A stretch of DNA of 63,452 nt, the filler included, from Stramenopiles sp. TOSAG23-3 (lineage: Eukaryota): assembly GCA_900128585.1 (NCBI GenBank). It is 4 parts of 4 records of this genome, joined end to end, with 100 filler letters (N's around TTAATTAATTAA, not from the genome) between each part and the next. Parts side by side here need not be neighbours in the genome. Positions count along the whole stretch, not along the records: positions 29,629 to 59,000 come from LT642238.1; 3 more parts are not named here. The stretch is one strand, 5' to 3'. The notes under the pieces are model-generated. The model was not told where the DNA came from. It worked only from the letters and a program-made list of their open reading frames with translations, and searched no databases. Of this stretch, positions 31,898 to 42,787 are shown one piece after another (position 1 is the first letter of the stretch; each line of letters opens with the position of its first letter). The translations under genes and the position numbers were made by a program.

Positions 31898-34497
31898 TTG
31901 CTTAAAAGTATGATTAAAATAAACAGATTAATAGATAGCATAAACAGAGCATCAAATACTCTATTATTTTTGTCTATCAATAAATTCTATTTTCATAAAA
32001 TTAGAAGTACATTTTTGTTCGTTGATTACAGAGGACAATATAATTTCGTAGTTAGTAGAACTATTAAGTATAATATATAGGGTGGATTTGCTTGTCTGAA
32101 GAGACCAATATTATTTGAGAGCTAACATTGAATACTATTAAAAGAGAACAGTATTATTGCAAAATTAGGGTACGGGCGGAACAAAATGCAATGCCTTTGT
32201 ATGACAGTGTAAGTATAGTGGTCTTATTTCAATTAGTTAGGGTTAGTACAGCATTAAACAAAGAAACCCAAATTTTTCTGTCTCAAACAAAATGAAGAGT
32301 AATTTAATGTACGAGAATATATATCTAATGTTGTATTTAACACATAGTGTTAAGGAATAATTGGGCATAAAGGTCCACCGAACGAACACCGACACATGAA
32401 AAAGGAAGAACTCCTATTCGGTATTCAAACGAAAACAACGAGGCTATCAAAGCCATCAAAAACGATAGAGACGGTATATAAACCGTATCGTACACAATTG
32501 GGGATGCGTCGATCAAACTCGACATTTACGAAAAAGATGAATACCGGTTGACTAAAATAAAGTCACCGGAAACGCACCACTTTTGGGAACGAAATCAGCC
32601 GAAACTGAGAATAATATTCTTAGTTCAGCATAGGAATAGCAGGGCGAATCTGATCAATTCGAACTAAGATTTAGCGAAAAAGAAATCTCCAAAAGAAGCC
32701 ATTACATGCAAATAGCATAGGCTACCACGGAAAAAGAACAAAAACATTGAGTTCATATCGTGAGAAATATTCATCAAAGTGAAGATGACGATTACTGCAG
32801 TCACCGCATGACGGTAGTAGCAGTAGTAAATGACATGTAAATGAATGAATCATTACATCCGCTCGCGAGGATGCATGTCACAAATTTAAAAAGGAAAGAT
32901 AATAATCAAAGAGAAGAGAAAAAGAAGAAATTAACGTTAAAACGTAGAAAAGATTATAAAGTTATAAATTCAGTTAAGAGACATACAATACAAGTACGCA
33001 GTTTATTATATTTTTTGTCGTTCTGAGTTTGGATTTTTGAACTGGTTGCTCAAGGCTTTAAGGAGTTCTCGACTATAAGTGACAATAGAGATGATTTGTC
33101 GTTCAGAACTAGCAGAAATACTATGTTTTATAAATATATTATACAATAAAATATTAATCCTTCTCTCTTCAGTAGTAGTCGTCTATCATATTTTATTGTG
33201 ATTCCAAGTTCTTCTACTTAACTGTACAAATAATTATTTATTGAAAAAATAATAATCATCAGATCACGACACCCATCATACATATTTTCTGACTTTGTTC
33301 TATATGTTAAGGAATTCTAGTACTGACTTGGTATATTTACTTACAGAAGTTCTTGAATGTGTGTGATGAAGTTAATTCCATGTATGTACTAATTGCTAGG
33401 GAATATAATATACTCTAATTAATACATAAGTATAAACAAGGTAAAATATTAAATAACCAATATTCCTGTATTCAATGCTATAAAACCCATTATCGCAAGT
33501 GGGCACTGCGCGCAAGGAGAGATAATTTGATACTCCTTCTCAGATCACTTTTTTAGTAGGTACATAGCAATCATGCAGGGTACAAAAATTATTACGCTAC
33601 TGTCATTACACATACATATGAATAGCATTACAACTCAGCTATTTTCGATGTACTACATTATATTGAGCACATATTTTATCGTCCAATCGAGATGAAATGA
33701 CACTTAGTGTATGACGCCTGTTATTCCTATGCTACGTTTGACTTTGTAGGTCGTTTTCTGATATTTTACAAAGTCATTTCGGATGTATACTTAACAAACA
33801 CAAGTACGTATTAATGTTGTGTATATGCTATTTATTTCCCCTATTGTGTTCTTATACACGTTACATATAACCTCAAAACCGCTGTGTGTGCCTGTATTAA
33901 ATTGACGTTTTTAGCATGTAAATACAATTATCATACACTTTTTTTTCGTTTAACAGAGGAATAGGGTTATGTAGTCACTACGTGTCTGCCGTAGCATTTT
34001 TTACTCCGACTGACTATTGCGCCGTGGCAAAAAAAAATGTTTGATGGTTGCTATTCCAATGTAAGTAAGTACAAAAATTGTTGATGTTGGAACAAAAATG
34101 TTTAGTGCTATTAGATGTACTGAAAAAATTAGAAAACGGCCTTAAAAAAATACTACAGGTAATAGGATCACGCATGACTATACATCAACACAATATAAAC
34201 TAAAAACTCATCAATGGTAACCTGATACTAAAAATAGCAGGCACACAGGCCGAGTTTGTGAAGTTGTCGTTTACTCTAATAATCATGCATGTGATGATGA
34301 TGATGAAGAAAAAGTGCAGCAACAATAATTGCAATCTTCTTGCTGCAGCACACAATAATTACGCACCATCGATTCAGGCGTGGTTCCTTTTGTTAACAGT
34401 CGGTTACAAAATAACCCATCTCCAATTTCTTGCTTTGCTGCCCAGAACCACCACCACGGGAAAACCAAACCAGATATCGACAAGAACGGGCGCAATT

Positions 34498-37400
34498 ATG
34501 ATAAAAGGGGTGTCACGAACCTCGGCGCCTAATACTGTTTTGGATGTCTTGATTGCTGTACATACTTTCAAAGGTAGTTCAACTGATACTTTGGCGGTCC
34601 GTAGTGGAGAATACGTCGCTTTAGGATTTCAAGAAGAAGACGTTGACGGATGGATTAACGTAACCAATGTTACAGGTGTCTGTGGTTTTGTGCCCATTTC
34701 GTATGTAGAACATACCATGAACTTGCAGTATGATGTCCTGGCCAAAGTTAAGTTTGCTTTTCACGGAGATCCCGGAGAGAGTCAAATAACATTATCGCAG
34801 GATGAGTTGATCTTGGTGTCATCGTCGACAAAAAATTGTGAATGGATAGCAGCGAAAAGGTTCCAAGAGCACAGCTGTGAAGAAGGGTACGCTCCAAGGT
34901 CGTATATTGAAATTGTTGCCGACGAAGATAGTCCTGAAGGTAAACGCTGTTTTGCAAAGAAAATTGGTTTGTTGGGCGATCATGTTTTTGCTGCTGCCCC
35001 CGGTGCTGTTATTGAAGAACGTAGTGGGAAAGGGCACAATTTAACACCACTGCAAGCGAGACACAATGGTTTGAGGCTCCGAAAAAATCGCGCGAGAAGT
35101 GTTAGTGACATGAGAGGTAGTAAGAAACCAATGCATAGAGTAAACGGGGATGAAAGTACTTCTGCGCGAAAACAACAAAGGAAATATGGGCCTGACCTTT
35201 TTGACTCGTGTCACACGACTCCATTACGTCATAACAAAAGAACCCACCCAATGCCAGTACGTACCGCGTATATTTTTGGCGCTGAGAATATTTTCGTAGA
35301 ACGATTTAAAACGGCAAAAGAAGGATTGTCATTGCACGGGTGGTATACCCCGACCGAGAATATGAAAGTAGTAGTTGTAGTTGATCGTGAAAAACAAAAG
35401 GAAATGTTAGGAACGATAAAGTCGGTTAATATTGACGGGACGTATGATGTACAACTAAAGCAGACGATGATGGTTGGCAAAGCAAGTGTCAGTCTTTTGC
35501 AAAATGTTTCACGGCAAGACATTGTACCATCAAAATGGTCCAAGGTGAGCGGGAACACACCCCCTCAGTTTTTAACATGCATGCAAAATGGAGCGACAGG
35601 ATCGCAGCGATGTGTAGGCACGGTAAGAGATATTCCGTTCGTTGCATCCCTGGCAAGTAGTGCCGTTGCAAACGGGACATCACCACCAGAATTCGAGCTT
35701 GAACAAATCTTAAGCACATTTCATTACCTTCGATTCCGGGACTTAGATGTAATTTTTGAGGAAGGGGAAGAGGGTCATTCTATATACATAATTCTAGAAG
35801 GCCAAGTCGGAGTACTCTCAAATGGGCGAGAACTAGTGCGCCTAAAATCCGGAGAGTGGTTTGGGGAAATTGCAGTGTTACAATGGAATCGCAGAACTGC
35901 GACTTGCTTTTCAGTAGGAAATACCACGCTGCTCTGCATTAACAAACACGAATTTAGTGAAATAGCAAATGCTTTCAAGTGGTTGCGCCCTGCAATGTCC
36001 TCACTTGCCGCGCACCGAACTGGAAAACTGTTAAGCAGGGTTACATTTCTTGAGAATTTGTCTGAAGATGAATTGACTCTGCTTGGCGGGGCGTTTGTGT
36101 ATAAAGGGTACCCAGACAATTCTGTTATTTGTCGTGAAGGAGAGGTTGGCAATGAATTCTATATCATTGTCCATGGCACTTGTAGAATTACAATTACAAA
36201 TAGTGACGGCCAGCAAGAGTTTTTAAGGGAGTTAGAAGCTGGTTCATGGTTTGGGGAGGTTGCCTTAATTGAAAATTGTTATCGAACAGCAACCATATCT
36301 GCTTCAAGCCATGTTACTCTCCTCGTTTTAGCCGCAGAAAAGTTTGAGGCTTTCATAAAACGATCCTCGCAAAAATTCGTCGACAGTCTACGCACTAACA
36401 TCACGTCTACAGTTTCTCAGATGGTGACAAATATACCATTTTTTAAAAATGTAAGTAATAAAGAGCAACTCGCATCTTTATTTCACTTACAGCAGTTTGA
36501 GGAAGGCGATGTTGTATTTCGCGAGGGGACGAAGGGTGATGCTTTTTATATTTTACAAGATGGAGCATGCCGAGTTACGATAAACAATGAAGCCGATGTA
36601 GACATGCTGGTTGCACAGTTGCGGACAGGAGATTTCTTTGGTGAAGTGGCTCTTTTGAGTCAAAGCGTAAGAACGGCTACTATTACATGCAGCGAACGCA
36701 CGCGGCTTTTGGTGCTCCCATCCTCCTCGTTCAAGAGTTTCCTCGCCGTCGCCCCCGAGGTTAAACAGCATTTGCAACGGCACATGCAGCGTGTGTTGCA
36801 AGACGATAAAACAGCAGGTGTGGTAAAACATAGCAGGGATGGGCCCCTTGGTATCAAAGCTACGTTTGTAGATATTGAAATGTTAGGAGGACTAAAAGAA
36901 AGATCGTACATTCAGTTTGCTAATTCATTAGAATGGCGAGATGCTCCATTGTTGTATCGATTGCCCCGAGGTTTGAATTCCATGATTGATTCTCTCCCCA
37001 AGCGCATTTTGAAGCCGAACATTACTCGCTTTCTGAGTTCATATCTTGACGAAAGAATGTACTCCAAAATGACGGAAAAATTCAAGAATCAGACGATTAC
37101 CTTGAACATTTTTCTACCGAGACTGAAAGATAATTTTGAATTGCATTCACACGACTTAGAGAAAAACTATCATTTTTCACTTTCCTTGAGTATTCATTGT
37201 ACCATATTAAATGCAATGGAAGAGTTAGCGAGTGCAATGGAAGATACTTTGAGTACTAAAGGAGCAGTAAACCTTGCAGGTTATGGTTTCAAAGTTCTTG
37301 GGAAAAGCAACTATTTGATTGGCAATGGAAAAACACTGGGTATGTATCGTAGTGTACAAGAATGTCAACGATCAGAGAAACCATTACAATTGGTGCTAAT

Positions 37401-40400
37401 ACAACTTATTTCAATAAGCAATGGGGAACATGTAAGCGAAGAAGCGAATTATTCAGGGACTGATTTGGACTTGCTAGAAGAGGAAATAGAGTTTTTGAGT
37501 AATGGCAAAGCAGAGGGTAACAATGATTTACGAAACAAAAATGTAACGCAACTTCGTAAAATTAGAAAAAACGCGAGTGTGTGGACTTCCATTGTTGTAA
37601 AACCCTTCAGAAAAACTAGTGTTGGGGGCCTCAAAACCACCGCTGTTCAGGAAGGGGAGATAGTGCTGGCAGTATTTGCTAATTCAACAGATGTCCGAGA
37701 AGAACATGGTTGGTGTGGTGTAATTCAGCAGTCGGTTCATGGGTTGAAGTCTGGCATTGTTCCACGGAGAATAATAGAGCCTTTGTATGAGACCCCCCCT
37801 ATTCAGTACGATATGAATCGATTTATTCAGCAAAATAAAAGGAAAAAAAGCAAAATTTTACTGAACCGCTCTTCCGTCACCATTGGAGGAATCATTGACG
37901 CTCCAATAATTAGCCACGAAGGTTCCTCATTGGGGCCTACTGCTCTAGATTCCTCTACAGTTGAATCCCTTGATGCTGCAGATGATTATTTGGTAGATGC
38001 TGGTATAATAATACCGAAGTCGGAAGTAATTCGTTCGTGTGTTTCGGCACCCTCAGGGAAAGATCAGTACATAAATATGCTAAGTGGAAAACGATGGATT
38101 GAAAGTTTTGAACATTCATCTACCGGAATTTTATACACGAAACATGCTAGACAAGCCGCATCATTGAGAGTCAAAAGAAAATCCACTTCTCAGGAAAAAA
38201 CGTTTTTGCACTCATCTAGCGTTGGTAGAATTCGCGGAGGAAGAATTGAGTCCGGGAGCTCCACTATATCTGGGTCCTGCAGTAATGCTGATACGCTTAG
38301 GCTGCCGTACAGGGTACGTCTTGTAGAAATAGTAAATTTGCGGGCATTAATTAACCAGGCACACGCTTCGGTAGACGGCTATACCCCAGGCGACACATTT
38401 CATGCATTGGGGGGGGTGGTACAGATCTTAGTTGAAATAGTATTTGGCGGTGAAGTTTTGTCCTCTAATAAATATGAAGTGAACTGCGATTGTGTGTCAA
38501 AACGCTTTGGTGTTTCTTCGAATGCAACTCTTCATTCGAAGTGGTTGAATTTTAAACTACCAGAGCCGTACAAAGATGAAACCACCCTTACTGTAGATGA
38601 TGAAAACCTACGCGGAAACTTTCACATTGAAAATATGCCTTTGAACTCGAAGTTATGTTTCTCACTTTTTCATTTCCCGAAAAACTGTAAAGAACCCCTG
38701 AAAGCTGTAGTTCTTGGTGGCACAAGCATAACCGTTTTCGATTTTCGTCGTGTTCTTCGAGATGGAGAGCGCAAATTGGGGATTTGGCCTCTCAAAGCAG
38801 CAGATAAAAAAATATACTGTAAAACAAACCCTTTGGCGCAGTCTTTTCTATATGTTCGTTTTGATAAATTCTCGCGAAAGGTTAGATGCTATTTACCTAT
38901 ACGGCTTGGATGTGAAAAACGCGCTAATAGAAATTTTCGCCACGATCGTAGTGAAACTCAACGCGAGATACCAAAAAAAGTGTTGGATAGTTTTAAGAAT
39001 ACTTGTGAACGTTTATACAAGGCTGGGCCATCTCATATTTTTACTTTAGCAGAAAAGGTGCAAGTCTGGTCTTATCGAATGTCCCTGATGCACAAGACGA
39101 TAGCTCTACCGTTCGTTATATTATCAGTCGATTTTACCAATCGTGGTCAAGTACAAAAATTGTATGGTTTGCTTTGTGAATGGGATCGCCTGAGTCCTGT
39201 TGAGGCTATGGAGCTTCTTGATTACCGTTTTAGTGACTACCGTGTAAGGCAATATGCCGTCCGGGTGCTTGAGAACTTGTCTGACAGCGAGTTAACAGAA
39301 TTACTTCTGCAGCTTGTACAAGTCCTTAAATACGAGTCATTTCACAGGAGTCCCTTGTCGATTTTTTTGCTCCGAAGAGCGCTTTTAAACCAACAGGAAG
39401 TTGGGCACACGTTGTTCTGGCTTCTACGGGCCGAAATGCACGATCCTTCGTGCTCTGAGAGATACGCTAGTCTGATGCTAGCGTATTTAAATAATGCCCA
39501 AAACCATATACCGATATTGAGCCTTCAGAAAGATGTAAACACTTTTCTTGAAAATGCAATTTCAAAGGTTGTTCAAGAAGCACAAAAAGGAAAATCTGGA
39601 AATTCACTACGAAAATTTGCACAAGAAGAACTAGCAAAAATAAATGGAATGTTACCCGAGAAATCGTTTTTGTGCTTAGGCTCTGAGTGGGAAGTAGGGC
39701 GCATTATTGTTGAAGACTGCAAAGTGATGAATTCAAAGCAAAAGCCTCTATGGGTGGTATTTCAAAATGGAGATGGACATGAAGCTAGCGAAAAAGTATA
39801 TACGATTTTCAAAAGTGGCGATGATCTTCGACAAGATCAAATGACACTGCAGATTCTCAGGTACATGCAGCGTTTGTGGCTAAACGATGGGATCGATTTG
39901 CGTTTGACACCTTACCGCTGTGTTGCAACTGGGTGGAACGTCGGAATGCTAGAAGTAGTGACAGAATCAAACACAACGGCCAATATCCAAAAAGAATTAG
40001 GCAGCATGGGTGCGCTGAAGTCATCAAGTTTATTCGTTTGGCTGAAAGCACAAAACAACGGGAAAGATAATTGGGGCGAAGTGGTTGACAACTTTGTAAG
40101 GAGTTGCGCGGGTTATTGTGTTGCATCATTTGTTCTAGGTTTGGGGGACAGGCATGCAGATAATATTATGGTGAAAAAAGATGGCCATTTGTTTCATATC
40201 GACTTCGGTCACTTCTTGGGTAATTTTAAAACAAAACTGGGATTCAAGAGAGAGCGAACACCATTTGTACTGACCCCAGAGATGGCACAAGTCATGGGGG
40301 GGGAAGGCGCAGAAGACTACAATCGTTTCGTAGATTACTGCGGAAAGGCATATAATATTTTACGCAAACATGCCCATTCGTTGGTGGTACTATGCCGGCT

Positions 40401-40587
40401 AATGATCCCAGCAGGAATGCCTGAGTTACAAGACGCTAAAGACATCGAATATATGGTAGAAATGCTTCAGCTAAACCTTAAAAGCAAAGATGCTACTGTT
40501 TTTATGAAAAAACAAATTGCCAGGTCGTTGGCAGATTTTTATAGACGAATCGATAATCTGTTGCATAATATAAAGACTGGATTATAA
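34498..40587 (+). CDS. Class I-type phosphatidylinositol 3-kinase with N-terminal SH3x2, Tudor-like, cNMP-binding x3, RBD-like, SH3, C2, helical and kinase domains
   Basis: Single ORF 34258-40587 (probable ATG 34498). Kinase: MNSKQKPLW, IFKSGDDLRQD, LGLGDRHADN, HIDFGHFLGNFKTKLGFKRERTPF. Helical: LLQLVQVLKYE. cNMP cassettes FGEIAVLQWNRRTAT, FGEVALIENCYRTAT, FGEVALLSQSVRTAT. SH3: GW...GFVPISYV, EW...GYAPRSYI, GW...GIVP. Confidence 0.9.
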   Translation: MIKGVSRTSAPNTVLDVLIAVHTFKGSSTDTLAVRSGEYVALGFQEEDVDGWINVTNVTGVCGFVPISYVEHTMNLQYDVLAKVKFAFHGDPGESQITLSQDELILVSSSTKNCEWIAAKRFQEHSCEEGYAPRSYIEIVADEDSPEGKRCFAKKIGLLGDHVFAAAPGAVIEERSGKGHNLTPLQARHNGLRLRKNRARSVSDMRGSKKPMHRVNGDESTSARKQQRKYGPDLFDSCHTTPLRHNKRTHPMPVRTAYIFGAENIFVERFKTAKEGLSLHGWYTPTENMKVVVVVDREKQKEMLGTIKSVNIDGTYDVQLKQTMMVGKASVSLLQNVSRQDIVPSKWSKVSGNTPPQFLTCMQNGATGSQRCVGTVRDIPFVASLASSAVANGTSPPEFELEQILSTFHYLRFRDLDVIFEEGEEGHSIYIILEGQVGVLSNGRELVRLKSGEWFGEIAVLQWNRRTATCFSVGNTTLLCINKHEFSEIANAFKWLRPAMSSLAAHRTGKLLSRVTFLENLSEDELTLLGGAFVYKGYPDNSVICREGEVGNEFYIIVHGTCRITITNSDGQQEFLRELEAGSWFGEVALIENCYRTATISASSHVTLLVLAAEKFEAFIKRSSQKFVDSLRTNITSTVSQMVTNIPFFKNVSNKEQLASLFHLQQFEEGDVVFREGTKGDAFYILQDGACRVTINNEADVDMLVAQLRTGDFFGEVALLSQSVRTATITCSERTRLLVLPSSSFKSFLAVAPEVKQHLQRHMQRVLQDDKTAGVVKHSRDGPLGIKATFVDIEMLGGLKERSYIQFANSLEWRDAPLLYRLPRGLNSMIDSLPKRILKPNITRFLSSYLDERMYSKMTEKFKNQTITLNIFLPRLKDNFELHSHDLEKNYHFSLSLSIHCTILNAMEELASAMEDTLSTKGAVNLAGYGFKVLGKSNYLIGNGKTLGMYRSVQECQRSEKPLQLVLIQLISISNGEHVSEEANYSGTDLDLLEEEIEFLSNGKAEGNNDLRNKNVTQLRKIRKNASVWTSIVVKPFRKTSVGGLKTTAVQEGEIVLAVFANSTDVREEHGWCGVIQQSVHGLKSGIVPRRIIEPLYETPPIQYDMNRFIQQNKRKKSKILLNRSSVTIGGIIDAPIISHEGSSLGPTALDSSTVESLDAADDYLVDAGIIIPKSEVIRSCVSAPSGKDQYINMLSGKRWIESFEHSSTGILYTKHARQAASLRVKRKSTSQEKTFLHSSSVGRIRGGRIESGSSTISGSCSNADTLRLPYRVRLVEIVNLRALINQAHASVDGYTPGDTFHALGGVVQILVEIVFGGEVLSSNKYEVNCDCVSKRFGVSSNATLHSKWLNFKLPEPYKDETTLTVDDENLRGNFHIENMPLNSKLCFSLFHFPKNCKEPLKAVVLGGTSITVFDFRRVLRDGERKLGIWPLKAADKKIYCKTNPLAQSFLYVRFDKFSRKVRCYLPIRLGCEKRANRNFRHDRSETQREIPKKVLDSFKNTCERLYKAGPSHIFTLAEKVQVWSYRMSLMHKTIALPFVILSVDFTNRGQVQKLYGLLCEWDRLSPVEAMELLDYRFSDYRVRQYAVRVLENLSDSELTELLLQLVQVLKYESFHRSPLSIFLLRRALLNQQEVGHTLFWLLRAEMHDPSCSERYASLMLAYLNNAQNHIPILSLQKDVNTFLENAISKVVQEAQKGKSGNSLRKFAQEELAKINGMLPEKSFLCLGSEWEVGRIIVEDCKVMNSKQKPLWVVFQNGDGHEASEKVYTIFKSGDDLRQDQMTLQILRYMQRLWLNDGIDLRLTPYRCVATGWNVGMLEVVTESNTTANIQKELGSMGALKSSSLFVWLKAQNNGKDNWGEVVDNFVRSCAGYCVASFVLGLGDRHADNIMVKKDGHLFHIDFGHFLGNFKTKLGFKRERTPFVLTPEMAQVMGGEGAEDYNRFVDYCGKAYNILRKHAHSLVVLCRLMIPAGMPELQDAKDIEYMVEMLQLNLKSKDATVFMKKQIARSLADFYRRIDNLLHNIKTGL

Positions 40588-40684
40588 TATTCTATTATTG
40601 GTGGCAGTAGAGTGACCGACACCGCCCGATCAAAAAATCAGTTAAATTTGAGATTATCGTTATTTAAATTACTTCAGAGAGACA

Positions 40685-40935
40685 TGAGACATCGGATGAG
40701 GAAGTTGATTATGGGTCTCCTGATATCGACGCAATTCCACACACTGATTCGGATCATGCATGGAGTACACATAGAAATGATAGTCAAGACTAAGTGACAA
40801 GGGGGTATATTGATTACTAAAATCACAACAGTAGAGATCAGTTCGCAGTACATTAATTTTAATTACTTAAATTAACAGCCAATGTTTTGTTTTTAAATTA
40901 CTTAAATAACAGCCAGTTTTTTGTTTAAAAAAAAA
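40685..40935 (+). mobile_element. 5'-truncated retroelement copy (ORF tail + 3' UTR + two terminal units)
   Basis: GGATGAGGAAGTTGATTATGGGTC...GATAGTCAAGACTAAGTGACAAGG...AGTTCGCAGTACATTAATTTTAATTACTTAAA matches 42190-42425. Confidence 0.8.
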
Positions 40936-42426
40936 CAGGTAATCAGAGGCCAAGCATTCACATGTTTAAATGAGGACAAACGCCCCAGGGCAATCGGGAA
41001 CCTTGTCACATCCATTCCCCGTACACTGGGGCAGTACAACGACGAGCACGCCAACTTCAATGAAGGAAACCAAGCAGATGGCCTTACAATTTATGGGGGT
41101 CACCTCCCCCGCGACACATTCCCGATCAACAACAGCGCCCAGGGTCCCAACGTCAACCAAACCCCGAACAGCCCGGAGCGGTGGAAGGAACAGTTCAACG
41201 CCCTTCTCAACATATGCCGCGACCGGGACCTCCATGCCGAGCACTGGGATGTACATTTCTGTCATGAAAAACACACCCAGCTACAGACCAACGAACGATC
41301 CAAAGGTTTAAAATACATGCAAGCATGGAACGATTTCAGAGAAAATGACGACAACGCGGAAGCGCTGGACATCCTGAACTACCCGAACCCTGCTCGCAAT
41401 GGCGCCCCCAAAATAGTACTTTTTGGGATGAGCCTCAGCGGAGCCTTTTCAAAGGGGGCCCAAGCCCTCCTTCACCGCCTCGCGGAAATAAAGTTCCCCA
41501 CCCCGCTCACCGGTGGAAGCCTCAGCTACCTAGCAGCACGCCCGAGATGGATGGATTGGCAGATGCGAATCTTCCAGCGGAACATATCCAATGTGGTCGC
41601 CAAGTCTATAGCATCAGGGCTCCGGATATTCCGTGCCTATATCCCAAAGGCCCTGCCAATGGACTGTGCCGCCGAAGCAGTCGACATCGCGCCATTTATT
41701 AGGCACTCCCAAATCCCGGCCCAAATCCTGGCTCTGGGCAGCTCGGGCTCGGACTCTGAAGATGAACCGTAATCCTCGGGGGACGAGCATTCCAGCAGCG
41801 ATGATCCCGATAGTGCCCTGACTATAATAGTGTCATCCCCTGGGGATGACGCGGTACCTCAATCCTCAATACAATCCAGCAGTGAGCAATCCAGCATCGC
41901 CTCGACCCTATTAGTGCCACCCTTGGATGAAGACACAGAGATACAATCCTCCACACAATCATCAGAAGAAGGGAACCAGAGCGTTGCCAGCAGGACGAGA
42001 CTCCAACTGGCATGCCAACGAACCACAACCAACGCATTCCAGACCGAAACTGACGCAAACAATCCTCCCCCGACATCCCAATTTACAAATGACAATCCCT
42101 TGACTGATTTACAAGACAGACAACGAGCACCTCTAAAACAATTACGCCGCTGCTTTGAAAATTATACAAGGAATGAGTCATCTAGGAGTGAGACACCGGA
42201 TGAGGAAGTTGATTATTGGGTCATCTGGAAGCATTGCTAATCCACTTACCGATTCAGATAATGCATGGAGTACACCTGAGAATGATAGTCAACACTAAGT
42301 GACAGGGGTATATCGTTTAGTAATACCTAAAGAGCAAAGATAAGTTCGCAGTACATGAAGGAATGTAAACCTTGAATGTCTAAAGTTAGAGTTCAGTTCG
42401 CAGTACATTAATTTTAATTACTTAAA
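40936..42426 (+). mobile_element. 5'-truncated non-LTR retrotransposon (CRE/R2-group-like) with restriction-like endonuclease C-terminus, S/D-rich tail and 3' UTR
   Basis: ORF 40921-41772 has QADG...WDV...ERSKGLKY...LFGMSLSGAFSKGAQALLHRLA...FQRNIS, the layout of RLE domains. ORF 41830-42240 is in frame after one TAA. A 1-nt insertion near 42216 hides the natural end ...NDSQ(H/D)* at 42298, as read intact in the 50379 copy. Confidence 0.7.
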
Positions 42427-42745
42427 CCACTCAACCCACAGATAACAACCCCTTGACCAATTTACAAGACAGACAACGAGCACCTAAACAACAAATAAGC
42501 CGCTGCTTNNNNNNNNNNNNNNNNNNNNNNNNNNNNNNNNNNNNNNNNNNNNNNNNNNNNNNNNNNNNNNNNNNNNNNNNNNNNNNNNNNNNNNNNNNNN
42601 NNNNNNNNNNNNNNNNNNNNNNNNNNTACAGAATCAAGTTAGGATTAGGGTACGACGAAGCTAAATTTAATTACTTAAATAACAGCCAATTTTCTTGTTT
42701 TTAAAAAAAATTACTTAAATAACAACCAATTTTCTTGTTTAAAAA
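42427..42745 (+). mobile_element. Further truncated copy or copies spanning an assembly gap (N 42509-42626), ending in two terminal units
   Basis: 42440-42508 repeats 42090-42155; 42665-42745 has TTACTTAAATAACA(G/A)CCAATTTTCTTGTTT twice. Confidence 0.75.
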
Positions 42746-42787
42746 ATAGGAATAATTATTTTGGTTTTTTAAACTTGTGAGGCAGGC

